A stretch of 64,000 nt of DNA from Octopus vulgaris (Eukaryota), in the NCBI GenBank assembly GCA_951406725.2, contig OX597816.1, forward strand, positions 181,970,001 through 182,034,000, read 5' to 3'. The notes below the pieces were generated by a model. That model was not told the origin of the DNA. It saw nothing but the letters and a program-made list of their open reading frames with translations, and did no database searches. A program made the position numbers and the translations under genes. Positions within the stretch are counted from its first letter, which is position 1, and the number at the start of each line of letters is the position of its first letter. Below are positions 1 through 13,254 of the stretch, one piece after another.

Positions 1-114
1 GGACTTAGATATGCAAGGGGATCTGGAGAAGGTTTAAAAACTGATGCTGCTAAACATAAGTTCAGAGAGGTTCTGGGTGATGCATATGGCAAAAAAAGAG
101 GTGGATATAGAGGC

Positions 115-338
115 TTATCCCTTCAGCATTTAAACCTGCTGTATCAGGGCCAAATATTCTATTTATTGTATGTTCAAACCAGCCTGATCCAGTTTGTCAC
201 ACCTACCCTACTATGTCAGTCTAAAAATAAACAATCAGATCGAAATCTCAAAGCCACAAGATAATCCAGGATTAATTGAAAACAATGTGAATAAATAAGC
301 AATACATTTGACAGAGTAATCTAAATGTTAAAGGGTTG
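115..338. mobile_element. TTAA/CCC-terminated MITE (piggyBac-like), reverse orientation
   Basis: CCCTTCAGCATTTAAA...TAAATGTTAAAGGG. Reverse complement of the 18981 copy. Confidence 0.65.
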
Positions 339-339
339 A

Positions 340-2140
340 AATATGAAGAACGACTAGGAATTCCTGTGAGACAACCTGGTGTGAGTCCCAGTTAAAATTT
401 GCGGTTGAAACAAAGTATCGTCCAGATGAAAGGTGATACACCTGCAGAATATTGCTGTAGATAGTCATGAAAGCTAAAAGACTGGTTTGGAAAGACTTGA
501 GGAAATGGAGCGCAGTTAAAAAGAGTATCAAGCAGCTAGAAGTGAAGCTAGACAGCACATTGGCAAAGCAAGTGGTTTGCCAGTGTTTCACAAAATCAGA
601 AGCATGGGATGTTCGATATTGCAAAGTAGTGTATCAGTATGAGTAAAGTTATGGCTAAGATAAGGTGTCTTTGGAATGGCAGCAGCTTCACTCTTACAAC
701 AATGAGATGAAAGATGCTCAGAAGTGATCCTACAAGAAGTAATTGCTTGCAAAGAATGTTTGAGATGAATCAAAATGAGGTAAAGAAGACCCAGTTGAGG
801 AACCAGCTAGTGAAGCTGACAGTTATATGGTTGAAATAGCTTTTTAGGATATGAAAGTGGTGAGTTGCTAAAAATCACTGGTGAAGCAGAGCTGAAGCCA
901 CTTAATTAGTCAACCACTTATAGTTCAGGAAGGGGCCATATTCAATGATTAGCGTAACAGTATCATCATCAATTGCTACAAAAGTAAAATTACTTCAGAG
1001 AGAAGCAACTACTGTGGTAGCAGCAAACCAATGGATGAAGTTATGGTAGTAACAGAAATAGTTATGGGACAACTTTAAATTTGCACAACAGGCAAAATAC
1101 CATTGATGTCCTCTTCTTAGAGAGACAATTACAGAAGTTCTTTTCTAAGAACAATACACTAGTATTTGTTTTATCTGGAGAAACATTTTAACAAGGCTTT
1201 CTGTAGATTGGAATCCTTATGATAAAAAGATAGGTGTCTATCATGGGCTCATTTCTCAGTTCCTTCTATTTATTGTTGTTCTCTACATTATGAGAGAGGT
1301 GTAAATTCTCTATGTTGATGACTTAATATCCATGGCTAATTTGTTAAGGTGTTGGAGAAGAAATTCCAAACATGAAAGTAAAGTTTAGCATCAAGGAAAC
1401 TTTATAAAAACAAAATGTTTAGTTAGCAGGGGAAAAGACAAGACTCTCCTGCCATCTGGGAGATGGCCATGCTCAATCTGCAGGAAAAGAATCGGTAAGA
1501 ATTGCTTATAGTATAGTACACAAGAACTGCAGTAGAATCACAAGCAAGCTAATAAAGTTAGACTAACAGTAACAACACTCATAGCTGACCTAATTAGTAG
1601 TGGAGGAGGAGGTTTAAAAAAATGGAGTAAGAACAGAGTGATAATGGCTTGGTATTACTTGTGCCAGCTTGGAGGATTCTCTCTCCAAGTGAAGGGCAGA
1701 TTATATAGATCTTGAGTACAAAGTGCAGTGTTACATGGTAGTGAACCATATGTATTGAAAATGAAGGATGTGCAAGAACTGGAGAGAAATGAGCCAAGCA
1801 TGCACTGTGGGATATGTGTTTAGGAACAATAGAAAACTGATGAACTGTGTGTTGAGAAAAACTGAGTCTGAAAGGAATCAAATGTAATGTGCAAGATAAC
1901 AGACTGCAATGGTAAGATCATGTGAGGCATATGGATGGTCAGATAAAAGTGTGCTAGGTAATCCAGGTGAAAGGAACTTAAATGCAAGAGAAGAAGACAT
2001 GAGAGGTATCTGAAGCTAATCTCTGATGGTTGAATGTCATGAAGGAGGGCAGCAAAAGTAGTTGGGATGCAGCAAACTGCCGAGAACTCTTCTAACCCAT
2101 GCAAGCATGGGAAAACAGTTGTAAAATGACAGTGGTAATG
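340..2140 (+). mobile_element. Highly degenerate RTE-type LINE
   Basis: Broken RT-like segments (GV.HG...LLFIVV, LYVDDL, LHGSEP, RLQW..HV) ending in the AACCCATGCAAGCATGG tail. Confidence 0.6.
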
Positions 2141-2497
2141 GTGTTTGATTTAAGAAAAAAATTTATTTTTTTTATCAATTTTTACATTTGTTCTCCATGC
2201 TGGAATGGGTTAAACAAGTTCATCACAATTTAGTCAATTTTTACTGGGAACCACTGTGTTGATAGACTGATAATTAGGTTTAATTTTTGGCACCTGCAAA
2301 AGAGAGTTTGTTCTGTTCTCAGCAAAACCAGACTAAAGAGTCCCTTCCACCCAACTCTTTTACTTCTCCTGGTCCTAAAATAAAATAATTCACCTTATTT
2401 ATAGATTATATTTTACATAATTCTAGATAATGCCTCTAAAGAATTACTTTACATCCTGATAATAAAATTGATTTTTCTTCTTTGTTTTAAATTCTAG

Positions 2498-2624
2498 GTC
2501 AGACCAAAAATTTGAACCTCACTATTATATCAACTGCTTCAGCATTTGCAATTTTGAAATGGAACAGGTTTGAAATGGATGATTCTCGAGAAATGCTTGG
2601 TTATGTTATATATTATCGTGAAGT
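2498..2624 (+). CDS. INSR: Insulin/IGF receptor, internal exon (start of FnIII-1)
   Basis: ttctag|GT...GAAGT|gtgagt. Translates QTKNLNLTIISTASAFAILKWNRFEMDDSREMLGYVIYYRE, matching the IR/IGF1R FnIII-1 start. 127 bp, phase 1 to 2. Confidence 0.9.
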
Positions 2625-2659
2625 GTGAGTTCAAATTTAGTTATCATTTATTTTGTCTT

Positions 2660-2711
<52 letters not shown>

Positions 2712-3623
2712 TACATTGTTTAAATGATGGTACAGTGTAGTGTGAAGATGTACCTTCCTAGCAGTTGGTGCAATAGTACAGGGGTTCCTACATTAGCTCG
2801 TGTCTAAGTGAAGCTTCCCTAACCTTATATATGATATAGTTTTATATATATATATATATATATATATTTCATGGTTTCCTTCAGCTTTGCTTATAACTCT
2901 TTCACTAAGTTTACATTATTCTCATAATAATTCAACCTCTTCCCATAAACATTAAGAACAGCCTTCCCAATTTCTGTCTACGAATTCCACTCACAAGGCA
3001 TTGGTTGGCCCATGGCTATAGTATGAGACACTTGCGCAAGTTACCACACAGTGAAACTGAACTTAAAGCCACTTGATTTCAAAGTGAACTTTGTAGCTTC
3101 ATCACCATCATCCTCATTCCAATGTCCACTTTTCCATAATTGCATGGGTCAGGCTGAGTTTATTTGTGACAGATTTTCTATAGCCAGATGCCCTTCCTAC
3201 TGCCAGCCCTCACCTGTTCCCAAGCAATGCAATATTTCCCCTTGGCCAGACATGTTCTTGCAGAATATTGGAAATGAATGACACTCATTGTGTAACAGTG
3301 ATACTCATTTATAACTGTCGTGTGATATCATAACAAGGAGACACCAACACACACCCATACACACATAGATACAAGGTGCTTCTTCCAGCTTCTATCTACT
3401 AAATCCAGTAACAAGGCTTTGGTTGGTCCAGGGCTATAGTAGAAGATACTTGTCCAAGGTGCCACACAGTGGGACTGAACCTAAAACTGTGTGGTTGGGA
3501 AGCAGACTTCTTACTACACAGCCATTATCCATGAAAATCTTTTTTGTTTTCATTCCAGCTTTGATGTTAATTTGCTAAACAGTCTTAAATTAATTTTAAT
3601 TATGTTTCTTTTATCTATTTCAG

Positions 3624-3677
3624 AGCCAACAGAAATGTTCCACTTTTTGAAAAACAAGACCTTTGCATTGAGAGTTT
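3624..3677 (+). CDS. INSR: Insulin receptor exon (FnIII-1, QDLC inter-alpha Cys)
   Basis: tttcag|...|gtaagt. Translates ANRNVPLFEKQDLCIES, like NVTEFDGQDACGSNS. Phase 2 to 2 fits its neighbours. Confidence 0.88.
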
Positions 3678-4057
3678 GTAAGTATACTTATCATTGCACA
3701 TCTTTAAAATAATGAAAATCATCTGTTGAATGTGATTTTATTATCACAATCATCATCATTGTTTAACATCCATTTTCCATGCTGGCATGCACTGGACGGT
3801 TTGACAGGAGTTGGTCAGCCATGGAGCTGTCCAGACTCCAGTTGTCTGTTTTGACACGGTTTCTACAGCCAGAGGCCCTTCCTAATGCCAACCACTTTAC
3901 AAAGTGTGCTTGGTGCTTTTTATATGTCACTGTCACAGATGCATTTACACAGCACTGGCACAAAGGGCATTTCTGTAACACCAGCATGACTGCATTCTAT
4001 GTGACACAACTGAAATATATATAGCAGAGAAAATAATGTATACTAATAATCTCTAAG

Positions 4058-4372
4058 TGGAGGCACAATGGCCCAGTGGTTAGGGCAGTGGACTCGCGGT
4101 CGGAGGATCATGGTTTCGATTCCCAGACCGGGTGTTGTGTGTGTTTATTGAGCGAAAACACCTAAAAGCTCCACGAGGCTCCGGCAGGGGGTGGTGGCGA
4201 CTCCTGTTATACTCTTTCGCCCCAACTTTCTCTCACTCTTTCTTCCTGTTTCTTAAGTAATGCTGCGATGGACTGGCGTCCCGTCCAGCTGGGGGGAACA
4301 CATGCGCCATAGAAACCAGGAAACTGGGTCCATGAGCCTGGCTAGGCTTGAAAAAGGGCGGAAAAGAAGAAG
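4058..4372 (+). mobile_element. tRNA-derived SINE with target-site duplication
   Basis: A box TGGCCCAGTGG, B box GGTTTCGATTCC, GCGATGGACTGGCGTCCCGTCCAG core, (GAA)n tail. Flanked by AATCTCTAAG at 4048-4057 and 4373-4382. Confidence 0.85.
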
Positions 4373-4960
4373 AATCTCTAAGCATTAATTCCATAGTGAA
4401 GACATTTAGCCTGGTGGTTAGGGTGTTGAGCTCACAGTCGGCATTACCTGAGTTCAATTCTCAAACCAGGTGGCATGGTGTATCTTTGAGCAAAGCATTT
4501 CGTATCACATAGTCCAGACAATTCAGCTGAAAATAATTTACCAGAAGCAGTTGGGAGTTAATTTTGCAATGGACTGGCATCCCATTTAGCAGAGAGTCGA
4601 GGAGTTTGAGTTGCCAAAATGTTGTCAGAAGCTAGGATAAGCTCCTATCTTGTAAGACTGTAGACTCAAGGCAGGCTTACCACCACAATGCCAACTTAGG
4701 TAAAATGTTTTCTTGATTAGAAAGGATCTTGGAATCAAATCACTTTACGGAAGCAATATTGTACTTTCTTCTTCTTCAGACGCTAAATTTATATTTGAGT
4801 TTTATAATATGTGAACAAAAGAAAACTAGTTAGAAACAATACTTAATCACAGGATAGAACTGACTGGAGGACACTGATCCAACGAGTAACCGAGAGTCGA
4901 CTTTGACTGAGCGGATAGATAGATAGATATCAAAATAAGCAACAAGGATATCCAGAGGTA

Positions 4961-5049
4961 ATGCAGTACAATCGTTTCATGCGACTTCATTTAATTGGAC
5001 AATGCAATCATTACATCAATTTAAAATGTAGAGCAATCTTCAGCTGCAT
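4961..5049 (-). ncRNA. Type I hammerhead ribozyme-like motif (Penelope-type)
   Basis: Minus strand: AUGCAG-CUGAAGA-U-UGC...GCA-U-GAAAC-GAUU-GU-A-CUGCAU. 6-bp stem I, GUA triplet, non-canonical closing pair of stem II. Confidence 0.6.
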
Positions 5050-5907
5050 AAAAATATAGAATTTAGTTAAATTTGAACGACTCATTTGTATAATTTTATC
5101 CAAAATCTCCAAGAGGATAAGGAGATAGACAAAGAACATGTTTTACCAACAACATCAAAGTTGGAACTGAGATTTTTTCAAAAAAGACACTGCTTTTCAC
5201 CAATTACTTCTGTTATTTAGATTTACTTATAGGGGGGAGTTCAGTATATATATATATATATATATATATCAGCATTTTCTCATCTCCCACTCTATTGCCC
5301 CTTCACTGTCTCTCTGCTAAATTCCTTCAGGATGTTCCCACAGCATTGACTATTTTCGCCTCAGCCTCGTCTGGCCCTAAGGCCTTATTTTGTTTGTTTA
5401 CTTCTGTCCGTCGTACATCCACTAATTGTCTCGTTTTGGAGCACATTTATTCCACATTTCTATGTTGACTGTCTGCGTCACATTCTTGTTTGTACATTTT
5501 CTCTCCTGTTTTCCTTTTTGGCTCCCCAATTCCTGGCAACATGTGCCACGGGTAAACACAAAATTGCAATAGCCAAGTAAGTGATGAGTTGGTGTCCAGC
5601 TATGCTTGTTTCTCGTTTGTTTCTGCATTTATTATATGTTTTCAACTATATATATATATGTATGTATGTTTGTATATATATAAAGTATATAGAAGGGATT
5701 ATAATCAAAGTTGTGCCCACGTGAAGGACATCTCTGTATTGCTTTGTATTTATGTCTGATGATTTACAGTTGGGTGATGTTCTACGTGTATGTATATTTC
5801 TATTATGAATGTATTTTACTTATATTATTATTAAAATTTATATTCATAAAATGCATTACCCATATTGTAATGAAACACTTGTAACACAGAATTAAAATGG
5901 TTCCACA

Positions 5908-6826
5908 TTGACGCGTGTGTACGAACAGCCATGCTACATGGCAGTGAAACATGGGCCGTGACTGCTGAGGATATGCGTAAGCTCGCAAGAAATGAAGCCA
6001 GTATGCTCCGATGGATGTGTAATGTCAGTATTCATACTCGACAGAGTGTAAGGCCCTTGTGAGAAAAGCTGGACCTAAGAAGCATCAGTTGTGGTGTGCA
6101 AGAGAGACGTTTGCGCTGGTATGGTCATGTGGCGAGAATGAATGAAGATAGTTGTGTGAAAAAGTGCCACACCCTAGCGGTTGAGGGAACCTGTGGAAGA
6201 GGTAGACCCAGGAAAACCTGGGACGAGGTGGTGAAGCATGACCTTCGAACTTTAGGTCTCACTGAGGAAATGACTAAAGACCGAGACCTCTGAAAGTATG
6301 CTGTGCATGAGAAGACCCGGCAGGACAAGTGAGACCATAACCTGTGGCCTTCTACATGGGATGTAGCCAGCCCACTTATGCATACCTTCCCTTCTTGGGA
6401 CACAAAACTCTACTTGTGAAGACCTGTTGAGGCAAGTGAGGATAAGAATCGAAATCGATCAATGGAAATTGCAGCTGAGTTACCAGTGCCGGTGGCACGT
6501 AAAAAGCACCGTCCGTTCGTGGCCGTTGCCAGCCCCGCCTGGCCCCCGTGCCGGTGGCACGTAAAAAGCAGCATCCGTTCGTGGCCGTTGCCAGTCTCGC
6601 CGGTGGCACATAAAAAGCACCATCCGATCGTGGCCATTTGCCAGACTCATCTGGCACGTAAAAAGCACCCACTACACTCATGGCGTGGTTGGCATTAGGA
6701 AGAGCATCCAGCCGTAGAAACACTGCCAGATCAGACTGGGCCTGGTGCAGCCTTCTGGCTTCACAGACCCCAGTTGAACCGTCCAACCCATGCCAGCATG
6801 GAAAGCGGACGCTAAACGATGATGAT
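5908..6826 (+). mobile_element. RTE-type LINE 3' end with 3' UTR (internal GGCACGTAAAAAGCACC repeats, (GAT)n tail)
   Basis: ...ERRLRWYGHVARM...GRGRPRKTW, followed by the UTR module that recurs throughout the window. Confidence 0.85.
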
Positions 6827-6919
6827 TGCAGTCTTTATTTTAATATATATCTATATATGTCTATGTCTATGTGTGTGTGTGTGTATGTATATAATCTTAT
6901 ATTTTTTTTTTTCCCCCAG

Positions 6920-7098
6920 ATGGAAAACAGTTCAAAAGCCAAAAGACCGTAAAGAGCATAAAGATAATCAAGAATTTCATGTACTTAATGAACTTAAACC
7001 ATGGACACTTTATGCCACTTATTTAAAGACTGATACTCTCTCTACAGCCAAGTCAACAGGAATGAGTGATGTTGAATATTTCAGAACAACACCTGGTG
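6920..7098 (+). CDS. INSR: Insulin receptor exon (end of FnIII-1)
   Basis: ccccag|...|gtaagt. Translates WKTVQKPK...LNELKPWTLYATYLKT...SDVEYFRTTPG, containing the LKPWTQYA-type motif. Confidence 0.93.
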
Positions 7099-7639
7099 GT
7101 AAGTACTCCCTTTCTCTGTTTGTAGGTGAGCTTTTTGTTTTTGGTATGCCCAGTTTATGTGATGAGCCATTTACCTGCCTGCAACTCTGCTTTCTGTCAA
7201 TGGAGCCTCTACTCCATAACTCAACCTGCTAGATAAAGTGGCCAAATCTACCAAAAATCATGTGGTTATGAAGTAAACGTCATAACCACACAACCATACT
7301 TGCATCTAATTTTAGTTAAAATTTTAACTACATCTTATCCTCCTCATCCTCATACGTCCATTTTCCCTACTGGTGTAAGTTGGATGGTTTGACCAGAGCT
7401 GGCAAGCAGAAGAGCTGCAGTTGGTTTGAGTCTAATTTGGCTTGGTTTCTACAGCTGGATGCCCTTCCTAATATGTGAGCTGGGTTTTTTAATGTGACAC
7501 TGGCATGAGTGCTTTTATGTGGTGTATGAGAGGTGAATGAACACTTTGCATTACACTACTTTGTGGACTGATAGCTGAGTCTGTATGAGGAGCCACATGA
7601 TTATCTGAATCTATCTCTTATACTACTCATCTCGGTGTG

Positions 7640-8062
7640 TGAGGCAAGTGAAATCGAAATCAAATTCGCTGACGTAGCCAAAAACAGCACCGCCTGACTG
7701 GCATCCATGCTAGTGGAACGTTAAGAGCACCATCCGAGTGTGATCATTGCCAGGGCTGCTGACTGGCTCCCGTGCCAGTGGAACGTAAAAGGCACCATTC
7801 GAGCGTGATTGTTACCAGCATCCCCTTACTGGCACATGACAAACAACATTCGAGTGAGGTTGTTGCCAGTGCCGTTGGACTGGCTCCTGTGCAGGTAGCA
7901 CGTAAAAGCACCCACTACACTCTCAGAGTGTTTGACATTAGGAAGGGCATCCAGCCATAGAAACTCTGCCATATCAGATTGGAGCCTGGTGCAGCCATCT
8001 GGCTCACCAGTCCTCAGTGAAATCATCCAGGCCATGCCAGCATGGAAAGTGGACATTAAACG

Positions 8063-8063
<1 letters not shown>
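7640..8063 (+). mobile_element. RTE 3'-UTR-family repeat
   Basis: Same module as 6430-6826: AAGCACC repeats, GGAAGGGCATCCAGC, CCATGCCAGCATGG. Confidence 0.8.
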
Positions 8064-8101
<38 letters not shown>

Positions 8102-8140
8102 TCACACACATATATTATCTGAATCTATATCTTATATTCA

Positions 8141-8174
<34 letters not shown>

Positions 8175-8175
<1 letters not shown>

Positions 8176-8828
8176 TGGATTGGTAAAAAAAAGTTTGTAG
8201 TGTTTTTCGTTCGAATGATTACTTGTGATGAGAAATTAATTATTTACGACAAGATAAAACAAAAAAGTTCCTGGGGAAAATGAGATGAACCACCTTCATT
8301 CTCTACAAAAGCTAGTCTGTATCCAAAGAAGGTGATGCTCTGTATCTGGTGGGATTGGAAGGGCATTGTGTATTATGAGATACTTTCAGGCTATTATTGT
8401 TCCCACTGATTAAAGGAGCCAATTAATGAAAAACCTCCAGAATTGGCCAACCAAAAGGACAACGCTAGACCACATGTTTCTTTGCAAACCTGGCAGAAAT
8501 TGGTGCAGCTTTGGTGGGATGTCCTACCCTACTCACGGTACTCACCTGACCTTGCACCTTCAGATTATCATTTATTCCAATCCCTGCAAAATTCTCTTGA
8601 TGAGAAGATTTTCGATTCTTTAAAAGAGTGTAGAATCCACTTAGACCAATTCATGACTCAGAAAGATGCCAAGTTCTGGGAAGATGGGATCATAAAGCTG
8701 CCTTAAAGATGGTGAAAAGTAGTGGAACAAAATGGGAAATATGTGGTCGAGTAAAGGTATGCGCAACTATCTAACTATTGTTAACGAATTTTACTTAAAA
8801 AATGCTACGCACTTTTTTACCAACCTAA
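8175..8828 (+). mobile_element. Internally deleted mariner transposon
   Basis: TIRs TTGGATTGGTAAAAAA...TTTTTACCAACCTAA with TA flanks. Motifs TCDEK, KKVMLCIWWD, DNARPH and YSPDLAPSDYHLF. Confidence 0.9.
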
Positions 8829-9073
8829 TATATGTGTGTGTCTATATGTATGTATAGAGACAATTATGCAGATAAACAAATTAGATACATCAAATATGTT
8901 AAATATATTTGATGTATCTAATTGCCTCTACACCTGCTCAACTTGATCCCTCTTATAGCCGTTCCTTACTTTGTAGAATGATCCCTTGTAAAGACATCAG
9001 AGTGTAAGTTTGAATCTTTTGAGAACTACTAAGTGTTATATATATGGAGAATCTCTGGATCTAATCTGTGAAC

Positions 9074-9105
<32 letters not shown>

Positions 9106-10175
9106 CTTTTTCATTTTCTTGAGCGTTGATCTAATACACCTGCTTGTTGCTCATACACCTGTCTTCATCTTTTGTTTTTCTATAAATTTCAACTATATAT
9201 ATATATCATGCTACCATGTGTTGGGTGGATCCTTGCAGTCTGAGCCAGTTCATATTCAGACTTACTGCCCTCCTTGACAGGACAGAAGATGGCATTTCCC
9301 TCAAAAACAGTCAACTTTTAGCTCTATTTCTGCAGTTGGATACCCTTGAAAACACCCACTTTATGGAGTTTTCTGGGCATATTTTGTCATAGTATCAATA
9401 TAAAGAGGTTGTCATATCACATTAAAGGATCTTTCTGTCACACCAAAGAGTCTTTTCAATCTTGTGTGTGTAGGGCAGGGTAGATGGAAGAACCAGAAGT
9501 GTTTCAAGTAAAACCTTGTATTTGGTTACATTCCTTCACCTTCTGAGTTCAAATCCCACCTGGATCAGTTTACTTTTTCTTCCCTTAAGGCCAGTAAAAT
9601 ACATACCAAAGTCAGTATTATGAGAGTATTTTGAGTTTTACTGGATCTGGTAGGTGGACCATGGCCATGCTGGAGTGCCCCTTTTAAAGTTTTAGTCCAT
9701 TATATCAACCCTGCTCATCCACTAAAAGGAAGTGAGTTGGCATACCAGACAAAATACTTTTTTCCAACTCTTTATGCTATGAGTTAAAATCCTGCAAAGG
9801 TCATCTTTACCATTCATACTTATGAGTTTAATAAACTAAAGTGCTCGTCAAATATTATGGTTGAGAAAATCAGCTAACTCTCCCTCTCAGCGAAATTACT
9901 GGCCTTGTGCAAACGTTTGAAACCATTATTTTTAGTCAGTTAGTTAGCAAATTAACTAATCAATTGTTTGACTAATCATTTGATCGATCAATCATTCGAT
10001 TAGTTTATTTAAGTCCTTTTGTCGCCATTCACAATTTAATATTGTTTACGGGGTGCACCATCTAGATCGTACATAAATCTGATGCATACTTACATCTGCT
10101 TGCAACTTTTTAACATTCAGAAAATTACTTCATAAGCTTTTTAATGATTTTCTTGTCCTATTCTTTAATTTTCAG

Positions 10176-10346
10176 TTCCCACCAACCCAACAAACCTGAA
10201 AATAACTGCGAAGAGAGTTGGAGAGCTGATAGTTTCATGGGACCCACCAAAAGAACCTAAAGGAGAAGTAGATCACTACTTTGTTTACTGGCAGTCTGAA
10301 GTTCTTAATGTTGCAGACTACAGTATTCGAGACTATTGTGAAAATC
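10176..10346 (+). CDS. INSR: Insulin receptor exon (FnIII-2a)
   Basis: tttcag|...|gtaaga. Translates VPTNPTNLKITAKRVGELIVSWDPPKEPKGEVDHYFVYWQ...RDYCEN. Confidence 0.93.
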
Positions 10347-10504
10347 GTAAGAATTTTTACCTCCTTACCCATAATTTCATTTCAAATATTGTCTTCACCA
10401 TTATACTTTATCTTTGTCTGAATGATTATGGAATTAATACTCTTTTTGGTGTTTTGCAGTTTAAATTAATTCTATTCTGTTTTTTTTTTTATTTTTTATT
10501 ACAG

Positions 10505-10679
10505 GGTTAAAACCAATTGCAAAACAAGAAGAAAAAAGAGAAACGATAACTAATGATACCTTGAATGAAAACTGTTGTGAATGTCCAAAAGATAAAAAAG
10601 TTGATAAAACTGAAGAGTCTGAAAGACAAATGCAGATCTTCTTTGAGAATTTCCTACACAATAATGTCTTTGTTAAGAG
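10505..10679 (+). CDS. INSR: Insulin receptor exon (insert domain alpha, CCxC triplet, alphaCT)
   Basis: ttacag|...|gtattt. Translates ...ENCCECPKDKK...QIFFENFLHNNVFVKR, with the alphaCT FENFLHN motif. Confidence 0.95.
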
Positions 10680-11264
10680 GTATTTTATTACATTAGTATT
10701 GATAATAATTGCAATGTACTACTTGACTTGAATATAATTTCTTACAGTGTTTTTCTTAATTTCAATCATTTTATTGAAGTTTCATAAATTTTTTTTTTTA
10801 TCCCTGATAAAGTAACTTAATTCTTGGAGTGTAATCTTAATTTGTTTCTTCGTTTGACACTATTGCCTGGTTCTGTAGCACCTTAGCAGAGTTAACTCAA
10901 TTATTAAAGCATTCAGGGCAAATACCTAGTCTAATGGTAACTTCCTTGCTCGCTGCCCCCAGTCCTATGAAGTCTGGAAAGGGTCATGAGAGCAGTTCTT
11001 CCTCCTAACAGATCCATAAAAACGAAACAAAAGAAGAAAGGTTTCAAAATTGAAAAGTTGCAGTATTGAAACTCTTAGCATTTTGCCCAGCATGCTAACA
11101 ATTCTGCCAGCTTGCCACATTATTGAGGTCCTCTAATGTTGATCACCAGTCCAAATAAGTACTGTTTTCACTATCCTGTAAATGGAGCTGACATCAGAAC
11201 TCTCAATTGCACCTTGAACACAAAACTTTTGTATAGAGCAGGAGAGAGAGTATAGTTTGTCATT

Positions 11265-12715
11265 ATCATCATCATCATCATCATCATCATTTAACATCTG
11301 TTTTCTATGGTGGCATTGGTTGGATGGATCGGCAGGAACTGGCAAGGACAGTGGCTGCACCAGCTCCCGTAGTCTGTCTTTGCTTGATCACCACTGCTGG
11401 ATTCCCTTTCTAATGCCAACCACTTTACAGAGTGTACTGGGTACTTTTTATGTGACCCCTGCACCAGTAGTTTTCACATGGCACCTTGGTTTTAGGCTAT
11501 CAGTTCTGTTGTGGTGGGTGGGTCTTCTTGAGTACAGCCAAGCGCAATATATATCTTGGTCCTCTCTCATCACCTTTGTAACTTCAGCATTTTGAGATTG
11601 GCATTCAATACTTCATCCCCTGTCTTCCTGGTTCTTCCTCTTCCACAACTTCCTCCCTCTTTAAGTGGTCAGCACTTGTTTATGTAGCTGTCCTCATCCG
11701 TTCACCTATGCAACTGTCCTCTCACATGACCAAACCAGTGCAGTTTTCTCTCCTGCACACTATATACAATTCCTTTTATGCCTAACTTTTCTCTCAATAC
11801 ACTGATGCGCTGTCACATTTGTACAGTGGAATTGCACATTCAGCAGAGTGTACCAGCTTTGTTCCTCTAGTTTTCACATATCCTTTGCATTCAGGGCCCA
11901 TGGCTCACTATCATGTAGCATTACAGTTCATACACATGCATCATACAATCTTCCTTTCACCTGGAGAGAGAAACCTTTGGTTACCAACAGAGCTAAAATC
12001 TCTCTGGACTTTCTCTATCCTATTTTTATTCTAGCAGTTACACTTTCTATACCACCTCATCCACTGCTAATTTGGTCACCTGGGTAGCAGAAATTATCTA
12101 CAACTTTCTGAGAGCCTGCAGGACATTTGAGGAAATCAGTTTCCTGTGTGTTTGTGGTCTTTATGGCTTCTCTACATCTCCCACATGCAGACACTACTTT
12201 CTGTTAACCTTCCTACTATTCCTCTATGCCTTTTCTGTGTCTAGAGCTTGCACAGGGTGCCTACAACCTTCCTACATTTCAAGCAAGGCCTTTTATTTGA
12301 AGGGTGAAGGTTCCTGTCTGATTTCTTGCTTACTAAGATCTTTGTCATTGCTAAGTTAACTTTGAGGCCTTTTGATTTCAGGTTCTGTCTCCACACCTGG
12401 AATATCTTTCCTAATTCTGTTACAGATTGTGCTCTGAGGGCCAGGTCATCAGCATATAGTTGCTCCCATGGTCTTCCAGTTTTAAATTCCTCTGTTATGG
12501 CTGGAGGATGATGATGAATAGGAGGGGGTCTGTGAACCAAGCCGTGGTGAACACCTACCCCTGTACACTAAATTCCTCACTGTACCCATGGCCAACTGGT
12601 ACTTACTAACAGCACCCATGTACATGGCCTATACTGCTTTCACGAGCACTTTGTCAACCCCTGGCTTCCTCAGAGATCACTACATCACAGAGTAAGGAAC
12701 TCTGTCACAGGCTTA
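11265..12715 (-). mobile_element. Degenerate RTE-type LINE 3' part
   Basis: AITEEFKTGRPWEQLYADDLAL...GLKVNLAMTK on the minus strand. (CAT)n tail at 11265. Confidence 0.8.
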
Positions 12716-12972
12716 AATGACTTCACATTTTAGCTGCTATTTATTTTGTCAATACCCACAGGAATTAAACTGAACCCAGTAGGATTTTTTTTTAAGTCAA
12801 AATTTTCTGGCTCTGAATCAGTCACAGTAGAAGTAATCTCCCTCTCTACCAATTTCACTAACCTAACTTTTTTCATTTCATAATAAGAAAGAAAAATTAT
12901 TTGAAACTTGATTGTTAGTCAGTCTTTAAAATTATTTTATGTATTATATATATGATTTTCTTTTCTTTTCAG

Positions 12973-13198
12973 ACCTCCTGATGTCTCCCTATCAGATGAT
13001 TCCCATAATCGACATCGGCGAGAGGCAGTGATTGAGGACCCTCACGCAGCTGGTAAATATTTACCAGCACACAACAATTTCAGCCGACCCAATGCTTCAA
13101 GACAGAGTACTGAGCGACCTTTCCTTGCAATGGCTGTCTATAACAGCAGAAATGTTGTGATTGGGAATCTTGCACATTTCCAGGAATACAATATAGAA
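12973..13198 (+). CDS. INSR: Insulin receptor exon (furin site RHRR, insert domain beta, FnIII-2b)
   Basis: tttcag|...|gtacgt. Translates PPDVSLSDDSHNRHRREAV...VVIGNLAHFQEYNIE. RHRR lies at 13010-13021. Confidence 0.92.
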
Positions 13199-13254
13199 GT
13201 ACGTATCCAATATTCATGTAGTCTGTTATTGAATCACTGACATAAATCATTTCC

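Noticed and set aside
4058-4135. tRNA gene
   Set aside because: It is the head of a SINE with body, tail and TSD; it has no proper acceptor stem.
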